Numbered from the stretch's first letter, positions 12,287 through 25,424 are shown. The stretch: DNA of 64,000 nucleotides from Octopus sinensis (GCF_006345805.1 NC_043020.1:16244001-16308000), one strand, 5' to 3'. Notes: generated from the sequence alone by a model not told the origin. A program made the numbers and translations.

Positions 12287-12623
12287 TGAAGGCACATGGC
12301 TCAGTGGTTAGAGTGTCAAGCTTATGATCGTGAGGTTGTGAGCTCGAATCCTGGACCAGGTTGCGTGTTGTGTTCTTGAACAAGACACCTTATTTCACGT
12401 TGCTCCAGTTCACTTATCTGTAGAAATGAGTTTCAACATCACAGGTGCCAAGCTGTATCGGCTGTTCCCTTTCCCTTGGATAACACTGGTGGCGTGGAGA
12501 GGGGAGGCTGGTATGCATGGGCAACTGCTGGTCTTCCATAAAACAACCTTGCCCGGATTGTGCCTGGGAGGATAACTTTCTAGGTCCAATCCCATGGTCA
12601 GTGTCATGACCGAAGGGGGTCTC
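12287..12623 (+). mobile_element. tRNA-derived SINE family E
   Basis: A box TGGCTCAGTGG, B box GAGCTCGAATCC; second copy at 48854. Confidence 0.88.
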
Positions 12624-12764
12624 AGATGTTACGCATACATACATAGTTAGGTACAGAGATTGATAGGTAGAGGGTTGTATAAATACACACACACATACAT
12701 ACATGTATGTATGTATCAGAAAAAATAGATACTCGTATATTCGCCAATAGAGTAGGTACATTGA

Positions 12765-12962
12765 TTTCAAATTTTGGTACAGGGTCAGCAATTTTGGGGA
12801 GTTGGGAGTATCTTACATCGACCCCAATAGTCAACTGGTACTTATTTTATCGACTCTGAAAAGATGAAAGGCAAAGTTGATCTCAGTGGAACATAAAGAC
12901 AGACGAAATGCCACTAGGCATAATGTCTGGTATGCTAACAATTCTGCCAGCTCACTGCCTTT
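12765..12962 (-). mobile_element. SINE family B, diverged
   Basis: Core ACTGGTACTTATTTTATCGACTCTGAAAAGATGAAAGGC. Confidence 0.75.
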
Positions 12963-13803
12963 ATAGAGTGGGTACATAAATCAAATTATACAGCATTATA
13001 GATCCATTTCAGCTGATCTTACCAATCAGGTTCCACTGGGTACTTGGTAAATCTGGATTAGATAACACAGCGGTTATATATAAATATAGGAGCTATGTAA
13101 TTCCTCTACAACAAGAACCTACTCTACTCCAACCTCTTCCATCGTACCTTAACTCTCATCTAGCATACAGAGATAACATCTTCCCTCCCTGGGTTTGCTA
13201 ACATGTAAGCTACATGTGACCTCAGTAGTACCAGTGACACGAAAAAACCCCTGCTATACACTGTAAAGTGGTTGGCATTAGGAAGGGCATCCAACCTTGG
13301 AAACTATGCCAAGGTAGACACTGGAGTGTACAGATGTATAATGCTTGTGAACAATGTGCACTGTTGCATGAGAGCAAGGCACGAGTACTGATTTTGAAAG
13401 ATGGGTAGGACTTGGAAAGAATTGTGGCCAGAACACTTCACTGGTTGTGGAATGCCACAATTCTTGTACTGGGCCCTAATGATCTGAAAGAAACAAAGTG
13501 GGTATCAGAGAAATCAGTTACTGAGATGAAGAGGCAACTGAGAGAGAGGGGGAGGAGTGGGGAGAGGGAGAGAGAGAGAGGGAGTAGGAGAGAAGGAGTG
13601 AGAGGGGGTGTAAGAGAGGGGTAGAGAGAGTTAGGCAGGAGAAGGCCACACATAAAAGTAATGAAGTGTGATCTCAGTACAGTTAACTTCACAATCATGA
13701 CGATTAAGATGGGTGGCAGCAAATGGTGAGACACTGTGCATGCAAACATCTGTACTATCCATGTCAGATAAAAAAAAAAAAAGAGAAATGGATATCAAAC
13801 AGA

Positions 13804-14307
13804 GATGATGATGATGATGATGATGATGATGACGATGATGATGACGATGATGATGATGATGATAACGATAATGATGATGACGATGATGATGATGATGATG
13901 ATGATGACTACGATGATGATGATGATGATGATGACGATGATGATGACGATGATGATGATGATGATGATGACGATGATGATGATGATGACAATGCCGATGA
14001 TGATGATGATGACGATGATGACGATGATGATGATGATGATGACGATGACGATGACGATGATGACGACGACGGCGACGACGACGATGATGATGATGATAAT
14101 GACATATGATGGTAATGTCGGTGGTGGTGGTGGTGGTGTTCATGGCAACAATGTCGATGATGATCCAGATAAAATTACAAAGATGATGACAATGATCGAT
14201 GATTGTTAATGATGATGATGATGATAATAAGGATGACAACAATGATGATGATTATAGCAATGATGATGGCGATGATGATGATGATGATGATGATGATGAC
14301 GATGTGG

Positions 14308-14341
<34 letters not shown>

Positions 14342-14565
14342 CGATGACGATGATGATTATGATTATGATGTTGATGTTGATGATGATGATGATAATGCCG
14401 ATGATGATGATGATGATGATGATGACAATGATGATGATGATGATGATGATGATTATGATTATGATGTTGATGTTGATGATGATGATGATAATGCCGATGA
14501 TGATTATGATGATGATGATGATGATGATGATGATAATGACGATGATGATGATAATGATGACGACA

Positions 14566-14601
<36 letters not shown>

Positions 14602-14780
14602 ATGATTATGATGTTGATGTTGATGATGATGATGATGATGACGATGATGATGATAATGACGATGATGATGATTATGATGATGATGATGAGGATGATGATA
14701 ATGATGATGATGCCGACAATGATGATGATGATGATGATGGCGATGATGATGATGATGATGATGATGATGAGGATGACAAT
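13804..14780. repeat. ~1 kb (GAT)n microsatellite with higher-order duplications
   Basis: (GAT)n with recurring GATTATGATTATGATGTTGATGTT blocks. Confidence 0.95.
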
Positions 14781-15616
14781 ATTATACAATTACGCCCTAG
14801 ACGTGTGCATCGAGCAAGTAGGTTAGTAATGTTTACAATCAGACCTTATCTTGTTTTTTGCTCTCCTGTATTTCTCCTCACCTCCCATCCATCATCATCA
14901 TCATCATCATCGCCATCGACATCCCAGCTTCTCCGCCCCCACCATGTTCCGATACCAGCATTTTTAATGGACTAAATAAAATGATATTATTCCAATACGT
15001 TGTAAGACTTCTCTCCTGACACAGCTTCGTCTCTGCCTCCTGAAAAATGAAGAATTCTCGCTGTTGTCAGACATCATCAAATGTAATGAAACTGTCACAT
15101 TAAAGGCAGCTTTGGATTTTTATGTATTTTATGAAACAGCTTTGCAGAGTTTTGTTTTGTTATGTGGTTTTATGCTTTTATAAGGAAGGAGGGAAGAAGA
15201 GAGGGAGGGAAGGAGAGCGAGTGAAGGAGAGCGAGGGAAGGAGGGCGAGGGAGGGGTGAAATAGTCAACATAGATTAACTACAACAGCAGTAACAACAAC
15301 AACAGCAACAGCAACAACAACAGAAGAAAGTAACGAACAATAAATGATCGGATTCAGTTTGTAGATGTACGAGCAAATATGGATGTGTGAGCGTGTGTGT
15401 GTGTGGAGAGAGAGAGAAAGAGAGAGAGAGAGTGTGTGTGTACGTGTGTGTGTGTGTACGTGTGTGTGTGTGTACGAGTGTGTGTGTGTACGTGTGTGTG
15501 TGTGTGTGCGTGTCTGGATGGATACATTTATGTTTATGGATATATTTATATATTTATATACTTATACATAATATACATTATGCTTATATACATTTGTATA
15601 CATGTGAAATTATGGC

Positions 15617-15965
15617 TTAGCTTCGTGAACGAAGATCAGGAATGCTGTCTACATCGCGTGCATGCACGCTCATGACTGACAAGTCCAATATGGGAAAGGC
15701 AGGTCCGTGAGCAGTGTCCACAGAAGAAGGTAACATCCGGTGTGGTGTCAGAGGCAGCTCATGCCTTCCTCCTGCGTCTCTTGTCTTTAAGTGTGTCTCT
15801 TCTTTGTTCCTCATACTTGCTGACTGCATTGAAGATCGTGTGGCACCAGACATCATGATCCGCAGCCAGGTCTGACCAGCAATGGTGGTTAATATGACAT
15901 GCTGTTAGAGACTTCTCGAGGCAGTCTTTGTAGCACTTCCTTGGAGCTCCTCTCACACGGTGGCT
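15617..15965 (-). mobile_element. RTE-clade LINE 3' fragment with C2H2-like tail
   Basis: RGAPRKCYKDCLEKSL...WSDLAADHDVW...KRRRRK, then CGHCSRTCLSHIGLVSHERAC. Confidence 0.8.
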
Positions 15966-16030
15966 AGTAAAGAGTTCGCCAAACAGGGCAATCTTTATAT
16001 ATATATAACTATTTATGTATGTGTGTGCAT

Positions 16031-16078
<48 letters not shown>

Positions 16079-16134
16079 TGTGTGTGTGTGCAATGATGGA
16101 TACATTTATCTTTATGTGTATATTTATATAGTTA

Positions 16135-16515
16135 TATCACCTTGATCACTTTTACTGACCAGTCCGTCGGGCATCATTTGACACCACTGGTCACAGCATG
16201 CTGTCCACTTCTCTCTGGATCATGCTTTCCTGATCCACGTGATCCCAATCGTCCTCCTGAAATCATAACTCTACTGTCATTTAGGCCTTCCAAGTGGTCG
16301 TTTCCGCTCACGCGGGTACCACTCGACTGCTGTGCGGGTCCTCTGATTATCGGTGAGCCGGGGATGTGTCCAGCACATCTAAACTTGCTGCGTGCATATT
16401 CTGCAATGACATCTCTCATGCCAGACTTCTCTCTGCTGACCTCGCTGATGTGGTCTCTCAACGAGATTCCAAGCTGTAGGTCTCAAGATGAACCGCATGA
16501 AAATGAAGTTCATGT
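16135..16515 (-). mobile_element. RTE-1-like LINE 3' fragment with short inverted RT piece
   Basis: KFRCAGHI...VEWYPRERKRPLGRP on minus; AVGLKMNRMKMKFM on plus at 16473-16514; matches 23575-23790. Confidence 0.8.
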
Positions 16516-16842
16516 ACTCTTTCACCACAACTTTCTCTTACTCTTTCTTCCTACTTCTGCCACAAGGCAGAGGAACTATGGTGTAACCCACTATGGTGTG
16601 GTAAACTTTCAGACCCTAGTCTAGATTGTGAATCCTCTGTACCCCGGGATGGGTCAGCTCTCCACCCATTAAAAGCCACTGTTTACGGAATGAGGATTAT
16701 AACATAGCTTTCGCGCCCGTACAACCGCCAATCTATCAAGTGTGGTGGGTGGATCTTCAGGTTGCCACACACATTCTTAGTAGCTTAGAGTAGGCTCGAA
16801 TTAGAGATTATTCTTTGTGGCTAATAGCATGAGTCCTGATTG

Positions 16843-17006
16843 GAAGAAGAAGAAGAAGAAGAAGAAGAAGAAGGTGGAGGAGAAGAAGAAGAAGAAGAAG
16901 AAGAAGAAGAAGAAGAAGAAGGTGGAGAAGGAGAAGAAGGAGGAGGAGAAGAAGAAGAAGAAGAAGAAGAAGAAGAAGAAGAAGAAGAAGAAGAAGAAGA
17001 AGAAGA
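16843..17006. repeat. (GAA)n microsatellite
   Basis: Direct observation. Confidence 0.95.
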
Positions 17007-17089
17007 CAGTTTGTGACAGAATTCCACATAACATACTTTTGAAGATTAACAAATATGAAACCAGTTAAGTTTACACACACACACACACC

Positions 17090-17612
17090 ATAGCAGTAAG
17101 TTTCTGTAAAAGTGCCAAAAAGATAATGATAGTGAGAAATAAGCAGTCTGTCAGGATGGAATCTGCCTTGGCATTGTGGATCAATGACTGCAAGAAGGAA
17201 AACATTCCCTTGAACAGTAACATCATTCATGAGAAAGCACTGAAATTATACCAGCAGTTCGACAGAGAAGACAGTGCAGAAGGCACTGAAGAACCACAAA
17301 TTAAGACCATTGACAGCACTGGAGCCTGAAGATTTTCAAGCCAGCAAGGGATGGTTTGACTATTTCCAGAAACGGTTTGAAATAAAGTATGTATCACTGT
17401 ATGGAGAGACAGTATCAGCCAACAAAGAAGCTGCTGAGAAATACCTCGAGACATTCAGGCAATTCATCGAGGACAAGGGATACAAGCCGGAACAGGATTA
17501 CAGTAAGGACAACACTGGTTTGTTCTGAAAGAAGATGCCTTCCAGAATGTACATCATGAAGGATGAAGCCAGAGTCCCTGGATTTAAGGCACAGAAGGAC
17601 AGAGTGACACTA
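17090..17612 (+). pseudogene. Tigger/pogo transposase fragment (CENP-B HTH to start of DDE domain)
   Basis: RMESALALWINDC...IIHEKALKLY; FQASKGWFDYFQKRF...GETVSAN...DNTGLF*KKMPSR...PGFKAQKDRVTL; frameshift and stop present. Confidence 0.9.
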
Positions 17613-17875
17613 AGTACATCTAGCATTCAGGCTGTTATTCTGTACTTCGGCGTGCAAAGATCAGTTGTGTTTTGCAGGGTTGCTTTATTTTTACCCTTAA
17701 CTTAGAAATAAAGAAAAACGTCAAATTCTTTGAGCAGGATGTACCATATGCGAAATCTGTTGTGATGAGCTCGAGTGACAAAATCTGATGACCTGGAGTT
17801 GCCTCTGATGTATATCTATCTATATATATGTATATGTATGTGTATGCATGTGTGTATATATATATATATATATAT

Positions 17876-18113
17876 CACCTAACAGGATGATTGGTCAAAA
17901 CAGTGATGACGTCACGTTCCGCTGGACTAGCCACCTAACAGGATACAGACATGGGTCAGATCTAATACAGCTATAGGTCAGACCCGATTCTGATTGGTCA
18001 AAACATTGATGACGTCCCGTTCTGTTGGACTAGCCACCTAACGAGACGATTGGTCAAAACTTTGATGACGTCCCGTTCCGCTGGACTAGCCACCTAACAG
18101 GTGATATAAAACC
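17876..18113 (+). promoter_or_regulatory. Three 56-bp repeats with inverted CCAAT and CRE-like motifs, followed by TATAAAA
   Basis: GATTGG x3, TGACGTCA at 17907-17914 plus TGACGTCC x2, TATAAAA at 18105-18111. Confidence 0.55.
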
Positions 18114-19412
18114 CAAACATTTCACAAGATTCACCAGAACTATTCGAACAGACACCAACCAAGAGTCATCACAGTTGCTCCCATTGGAACACAAGGTAAA
18201 ACCTAAAATGAATTCCTCGCTTTTTCAAGAACATGAATGTTTTATATTGAATGCATATCACCACTATGAACTACTACATCATACTCTTTAAACATATAGC
18301 ATGGACTCGCTTCACTATATATGAATTTTTTATTATATATGAATTTTTTATATTTGATAGCATGAACTATCTTTTTTATATATAAATTTTTTTTGATAAG
18401 GTTCGTCATTTCAAGAACTGAAACATGTTAAATAAATAATGTATATATAAAAATCAAAAATTTGTCTAATATAGCAGCATTTTCAAACTTCATTTTTTAC
18501 AAATATATATGTATATATATATATATTTATATATGTCCAATCCATGCCAGCAGCATGGACACCAGATATTAAATGATGATGATGATATATATATATATAT
18601 ATATATATATATGGTTATATAGACATACCTAAATATATATATCCACATGCATAATCATTATATATATATAATATACACACAAATATACACACACATATAT
18701 TTTGTGGCATGCACATGTATTTATACAAACCAGAGAGCACATATGCATCCACACCCAAGGAATTAAATGTTTACTCTTATAGACGCAAGGATATGCAAAA
18801 ATATCCACATATACAAGTATCACACACATACATGTACACATCTGTCCATGTAAAGGTGTACACAGATGGACATATGCCATAAATATGAACTTGTACACAC
18901 AGATATGCTCATAGATGTGTATAGACATCAATATATAAACACAATAATAAAAAGATTTTGCTCATAAATCCACAAAGACATCTATGTGTACAAAATTTCA
19001 TGTGTTTGTATAATATTCATCGTGATAGACATGATGCCTAAGTAAATGAAGCAGCCAGACATTCTAAGGAATAGAGTAGCAAGATATTCTGAGGTGGCTG
19101 TAAGTAAAATGCCTTCTATGGCTGGGTGTCCTTCCTAACACCAACCACGTGACAGAGGAAGGTATATATCTTTTATCTTTTACTTGCTTCAGTCATTTGA
19201 CTGTGGCCATGCTTAGGCACCACCTTGAACAAATCGACTCCAGGACTTTTTTTTGTCTTAAGCTTAATATTTAACCTACTATTTCCTTTTTGCTGAACTG
19301 CTAAGTTACAGGGTCATAAACACACCAACACCAGTTGTGAAGCAGTGGTGGGAGACAAACCCAGACACAAAGGCACACACACATAAAAATATACATTATA
19401 TATATATATATA

Positions 19413-19553
<141 letters not shown>

Positions 19554-19784
19554 GTTTATATATATATATTTTTTAATTTAGAGAAAGTACCTCATGAAAC
19601 ACGTGTTGCCAAGGAATAAAACAGTAGGTATTTAAAATAAAAATAAAAATTCTTTTTATTTGGTGAGAATTAGGGGTATACTATCTCTAAATTAAAATAT
19701 ATTTCTTCATTGAGAATAATTTGAACCTCTGTTATGCCAGAATTTTTATTCCCTAAAAAATAATTATTAAATATATATATATAC

Positions 19785-20045
19785 TATATAAATAAACTTA
19801 ATTATTAAAGCAACAAAATCATCGTAAAAAAATCACAATAACCTGCTAATCAAAGTTTCATGTTGCTGTTAGTTGGGCAGTTGTAATCAACAGCCCAATA
19901 ATGGGAACATGAAACTCTGAGTAGCAGTTTCTGTGATATTTTGGTAATGTTTTTGCAGCTTTAATAATAAAGCATATTATTTTACTTCTGGTATTTGAGT
20001 ACTATTTTTTACACTCTTGTTTCACATCTATGTGCTTACTCAGGT
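19785..20045. repeat. Imperfect fold-back related to the 7054 hammerhead element
   Basis: CATGAAACTCTGAGTAGCAG on the right arm and its mirror on the left; ends TTACTCAGGTATA, like TTACTCCAGTATA at 7095-7107. Confidence 0.65.
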
Positions 20046-20185
20046 ATATATATATATGATGGGCTTCTTTCAGTTTCCATTTATCAAATCCACTCAGAAG
20101 GCTTTGGTCAGCCGGAGGCTATAACAGAAGACACTTACCCAAGGTGGGACTGAGCCCAGGACAATGTAGTTGGGAAGCAAGCTTC

Positions 20186-20420
20186 TTATTTCTTTATTGC
20201 TCACAAGGGGCCAAACACAGAGGGGGACAAACAAGGACAGACAAACGGATTAATTCGATTACATTGACCCCAGTGCGTAACTAGTACTTAATTTATCAAC
20301 CCTGAAAGAATGAAAGGCAAAGTCGACCTCGGCGGAATTTGAACTCAGAACATAACGGCAGACGAAATACTGCTAAGCATTTTGCCCAGCGTGCTAATGT
20401 TTCTTTCAGCTCGCCGCCTT
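20186..20420 (-). mobile_element. SINE family B inserted in the head of a SINE A
   Basis: Full family B sequence; the SINE A head resumes at 20421. Confidence 0.85.
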
Positions 20421-20474
20421 TCTTTCCACACAGCCATGCCCACACCTGTATATAATAATAATAATTATAATAAT

Positions 20475-20513
<39 letters not shown>

Positions 20514-20529
20514 AATAAGTAAAAGAATT

Positions 20530-20577
<48 letters not shown>

Positions 20578-20579
20578 TG

Positions 20580-20641
<62 letters not shown>

Positions 20642-20726
20642 ATATAATAATAAATATTAGGGAATAAATCCAAATTTACAGGGAAAAAATCAGATTTAGG
20701 ATTAAATCCAATTTTATAGTAAAATA

Positions 20727-20812
20727 TTATAAAATATTATTAGAGACAAAACCACTATTTTGCACTTGTTTGTTTTGCAAAATAGTGGTTTTGTCTCTAA
20801 TAATATTTTATA
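20727..20812. repeat. Near-perfect hairpin, ~37 bp arms
   Basis: TATAAAATATTATTAGAGACAAAACCACTATTTTGCA / TGCAAAATAGTGGTTTTGTCTCTAATAATATTTTATA. Confidence 0.9.
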
Positions 20813-21744
20813 TATATATATATATATATATGATAATAAGTAAAAGGAATTAAAAATCCAGTCAGATGCCATTACAGGATTCAGTGTTAAATAAATTTGG
20901 TTAACTATATCCAATGACCAGTGAAAGTAAGCCGGATACACATCCAAGGTAATTTCTCATGTATGACAAATTAATCCAAATATCATTTAGAAGAATTTCA
21001 AGAAATTTGGAATATGTAAGTCACCAAAAATAAGAATGGAGAAAGTCACATCATTAATGAGTGAATACACCATAGAAAACTGATGAATGTTTCTGCTGTC
21101 TCAAAGTATTTGGATACAGAAAATAACAGTCAAATTAATTTATCCCAAAATATATGTTAACACAATGTTATCAAGACAATCCAAAATTGATTAAATTCAA
21201 AGCAAACTAAAAGAAATATCTCTAGTAGATAAATGCATACAAAGAGACCATTAAGAAGAAATATGATATTCTAAGAAAAAACCTGCTTAGTATTTAACTA
21301 CATTATGACAATTAGAAACATAGAAATTCTATCTCATTACTATTAGTTCTATTGACTATTAGTTCTATTAGTTCTATTGAAAAATTATACGTATTACATT
21401 ATATGAAAATCAATTATAATTAATGGGTTATTTAAAATTGACATGTTTAGATGCTTTTCTTTATTTGTGAGAACATTTCAATGTAAAATTACCTTTATAA
21501 TTTAATAATATTAATTTGAGAAGTAATTATATAATACATTTCTTCAAAGCAAAGATCACATTTAAAATTACCAGTGTTTTATGATGGTAGGACTTAATCA
21601 TACTTAATGTTCCAATCTTTTAAATTCCAAATTCATTTACTAAGATTCATAGAATTACATTTCCTTCTATACTTAAATGAATGTAAGTGATTAAGAAATC
21701 TAGGTCTCCAAATTGTAGTAGATGAACCTATATAAAAATACTCA

Positions 21745-21990
21745 CTGACCGCCACCTTGTTCTTCTTTATGTAGCATATGGTACTTTCGTTGACAACATA
21801 ATAGTGACCTACTGCAGCATAACTTTTTACCTTCTTGGAACATATCCAACAATTGTACCTTCTCATGGAGTGTCATAATCTTTTTCTGGCACTTTAATTC
21901 CCTGCCAGAAGCCTTAGAAGGTGTCGGGCGTTTGGGCAGCATCTTGGGGCTTTAGTAACACACTGTAAAAAACACAGCACTCAACAAAAT
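21745..21990 (-). pseudogene. Tigger/pogo transposase N-terminal (psq HTH) fragment
   Basis: MLPKRPTPSKASG..KKIMTLHEKVQLLDMFQEG / SYAAVGHYYVVNESTICYIKKN. Confidence 0.85.
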
Positions 21991-22265
21991 ACTCGAGATA
22001 GCTACTGGACACAGTTTTTCTCCCCCAAAAAACCTACAAAACCTTCCTTTCTTCTAATATGTGCATATCACCAATGGGAGATTGAGCTGAAATTAAAAAT
22101 ATGGATAACTTTGCAGAGTTTATTGGATAACATAGGCAAGGAAATAAAGTTTTATTAGAAACATCACATCACTTCCACGTGGGCTCCATCAGTTATGTAC
22201 AACACACCTAGATGATGCAATACAATGAATCGTGGAAGTTGTAAAGTTAATTTAGGAACACCTTC

Positions 22266-22342
<77 letters not shown>

Positions 22343-22429
22343 ATGTATCTATGTATTCATTTATATGTGTTTATGTGCATATATATAAACACATATACAT
22401 GTAATAAGTAAAAGGGATTAAAAGGGATT

Positions 22430-23180
22430 GCATACATGTGTGTTTGTATGTGTATGTTTCTATGTGTGTGTATGCCATGTGAATATACATATGAATGTGT
22501 ATATGTACATTTATGTCTTTATATATATATATATATATGCATATATGTATGTGAATATGTGTGTGTGTGTGTGTGTGTGAGTACATATGATTTTTCTTTC
22601 TTTTCTTCTATCCTTCTTGCCATACAATTGTAAATTACCTCTTGCTCAAACTTGTTTCTTCGTTGTCGATGAGCTATAAGTGAAACAGGATGTTTTTGTC
22701 AGACGAACAGTTAAGGATTTGAGAGTTTTATTCCCTCTCAGAAATATATCTCTGAACACTTTATTCTAAGTAGCCAGGAAAAGCTTCTTTTTGAAGTTGT
22801 CACTCCCTGGAATATATATATATATATTTGTTTTATATATGTGTAAATATATATATATACACACATATATAAAACAAATAGTGAGGGATTATCTGTCGGG
22901 GCAAAATACTTCATAAGCTCTCTGTTGGCACACCAGGCTAACAATATTACTTAGATTAAGTGAAGAACTTCAAGTAATCTTGTGGAAGAGTCCAACGTTA
23001 TGGTTCATTACAATTCTATATTGTAAATCCATGGATTTAAACACAATATAACAAGAAATGGCTCTGATGATGAAAGAAGTATTAATCTTTTTTAGGTCGT
23101 TCAATTTTCCTTAATTGATCAATAGACCGATTGAGTTAACTATATTGGCTCATGATCTTAAAAATTATCCTGTTGAAATA
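22430..23180. repeat. Left arm of a long inverted duplication (partner 25675-26340)
   Basis: For example GAAAAGCTTCTTTTTGAAGTTGTCACTCCCTGGAA is mirrored at 25995-26030. Confidence 0.9.
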
Positions 23181-23574
23181 AACAATGTGTGTGATCAGAT
23201 GTAGTGATGATTTTAAAAAAAGCACTCATATAAAATTAACTGTATGAGGACAATTCCCTCTGAGGACAACTACCCCTTAGGACAATTACCTCGCCTTGGT
23301 TAATTATCCCCTCTCCAATATATTAAAAAAGTTTTAAATCAGCATCTGTTGTCCTCAGGAGTAATTGCTATTGTCCATGGTGGAGGGGGGGTAAATGTCT
23401 TAGACTCAAAATTAACGTTTAGTCTCGTGTTGTATATATCTTTGATTTGTCATCACTAGCCCAAGTGATACTTGTGCGATACACTGTATATATCAACCTG
23501 TGCTAGCATGCAAAACAGACGTTAAGCGATGATGATGATGATATATACATATATATATTAACAATTGCTCACCG

Positions 23575-23791
23575 ATAATTGGTGGACGCACGCAATTGTC
23601 GAGTGGTACCCGCATGAGCGGAAAAGACCACCCGGAAGACCTCCACGACGGTGGAGTGACGATTTCAAGAGGACGATTGGGATCACGTGGATGAGAAAGG
23701 CGCGATCCAGAGAGGAGTGGACAGTGTGCTGTGACCAGCGGTGTCAAATGGACGCCTGACGGACTGGTCGGTCAAGGTGATCAAGGTGATA
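23575..23791 (+). mobile_element. RTE-1-like LINE 3' end
   Basis: DNWWTHAIVEWYPHERKRPPGRPPRRWSDDF; tail GGTCAAGGTGATCAAGGTGATA. Confidence 0.85.
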
Positions 23792-23815
23792 ACAGATAAT
23801 GCTTTCTGAAAGTGA

Positions 23816-24160
23816 TAAACAATTGCAGAGTGGAAGGTGTTTATAAGCCATTTAAGAAACACACAAAAACCGTTAGATTCACTTCAACATTCAAATTCAA
23901 TTTGTCAGAATATTTTCGTCGCTTTAAGACCGCAACCCGTTCACTGACAAAACTTCATGCTGCATCTCTTTGTTTTGTCAGTGAACAGGTCACAGTCTCA
24001 AAGCGACGAAAATATTTGACAAATTAAATTTAAATGTTGAAGTGAATCTAACGGTTTTTGTCTGTTTCTTAAATGGCTTATAAACACCTACCACACTGCA
24101 ATTGTTTTCATTCCAGCACATGATCTTAGATCAAGTCACTCACTATGCAAGTATACCTCC
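23816..24160. repeat. Fold-back element, ~135 bp arms; second copy at 40143
   Basis: CAATTGCAGAGTGGAAGGTGTTTATAAGCCATTTAAGAAAC mirrored at about 24063-24104. Confidence 0.9.
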
Positions 24161-24161
24161 A

Positions 24162-24313
24162 TATTTCTTTTCTGTGTATCTTTCTGTTGAAGAGCGTAGG
24201 CTCGAAATGTAAAAGACTTGTTTTATTTATATTCCTGAGCGCCATACTAATACAATTGTTTGTTTGTATTCCACCTGCCTTCATCTTTTGTTTATTTTCA
24301 TAAAGCTTCCCGT

Positions 24314-24315
<2 letters not shown>
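24162..24315 (+). mobile_element. Family D hammerhead-bearing mini-element
   Basis: TCTTTCTGTTGAAGAGCGTAGGCTCGAAATGTAAAAGA. Confidence 0.7.
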
Positions 24316-24345
<30 letters not shown>

Positions 24346-24377
24346 ATATATATACTGTTGTGTCTGTACACAGTCAG

Positions 24378-24568
24378 TTTCTTTTTGTGCCTTATAATTT
24401 AACACACTCACCTATAAAATTTCCACTTATTCCTTATTTTTATTTTCCTAAAAGTTTTGTTGTCTTGCAAGGTTGCAAGATGCAACGAAAATTTTAGGAA
24501 AATGAAAATAAGGAATAAGTGGAAATTTTACAGGTGAGTGTGTTAAATTACAAGGTACAAAAAAAAAT
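24378..24568. repeat. Fold-back, ~90 bp arms
   Basis: AATTTAACACACTCACCTATAAAATTTCCACTTATTCC mirrored; centre TTGCAAGGTTGCAA. Confidence 0.9.
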
Positions 24569-24994
24569 TACTCTCCCCAGACACAACAGAATATGCTTCA
24601 ACACACGAACTCACATAAAGAATCTTGAAAACCAAATCCAAAAACGAAATATATATATATTTTCATTTCATTTCATCTAGTTTCAGCTCACGAGCTGTGG
24701 CCATGCTGGGGCACCGCCATTATATATATATATATAAATATATATATGTATGTATGTATATACTCTCACTACAATGAGAGTTTGTTGTTGTTGAGAGACA
24801 AATACAGTGAGAGAGTATGTGTGTATAGATGGTGCTATACTAATTAGCAAGCCTTGATTGAAAGCAGGAATAAGAGACCCAAGATACAGTGTACTTGTAT
24901 CTAAAACAATCAAGTGACGTGATGCACAGCTATTCTAATCAGAGGGAGCTTCAACTGCGAAAGGGCATCCAGTAAGCTGGCAAATACAGTATAT

Positions 24995-25416
24995 GGATCT
25001 TTTCAGTTTGAATGGCAGTTTTTTAAAATAATTTCCACGTAACTAAACACTTTTAAACTTCGTATACTGGTAGAATGTGTTTATAAAACATCTTTTTCTC
25101 TTGGCTTTATTGAGAAAATTCTATGGTTTGTAAGATATTTGTTGTGTTTTTTCTTCAATTTCTGCAATTTCAACCAATCAATTACGTCTATTTAGGTAAA
25201 AAACATTCTGTGCCATATGAATATGTCCCTCGTTTAAGAAACAGATTGGGTTTATTTACGTTTGCGAAGAAAAAAAGATACCCTTCCCCCCACCCCTAAC
25301 TAACCCTAACCCTAAAACAGATTGAAATGCAATAGATCGATACTAGGGTCATAATTATGGGTGACAATTTCATATGACACTGCTAGAAAAAACTGCCATT
25401 CAAACTGAAAAGATCC
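24995..25416. mobile_element. MITE with ~30-bp TIRs and 8-bp TSD (Merlin- or MULE-like)
   Basis: TIR GGATCTTTTCAGTTTGAATGGCAGTTTTTT; TSD CAGTATAT at 24987-24994 and 25417-25424. Confidence 0.88.
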
Positions 25417-25424
25417 CAGTATAT

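Noticed and set aside
12287-12360. tRNA gene candidates (also 48854 and 55520)
   Set aside because: These are SINE heads: no closed acceptor stem or poly-T terminator, and they run into SINE bodies.
13631-14975. Long poly-Asp, poly-Met, poly-His and poly-Ile ORFs
   Set aside because: Products of the (GAT)n microsatellite, open in several frames on both strands; no evidence of coding.
14980-15130. Unique segment with an acceptor-like TTTTTCAG (minus) and enhancer-like motifs
   Set aside because: All frames close quickly and such motifs are expected by chance; needs conservation data.
16801-17068. Poly-Lys, poly-Phe and poly-Leu ORFs
   Set aside because: (GAA)n microsatellite.
19586-19632. 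Hammerhead-like TACC-TCATGA...AAAACAGTA-GGTA
   Set aside because: Both core strands deviate from consensus; too degenerate to call.
25290-25315. Interstitial telomeric repeat
   Set aside because: Only about three units and internal to a MITE.
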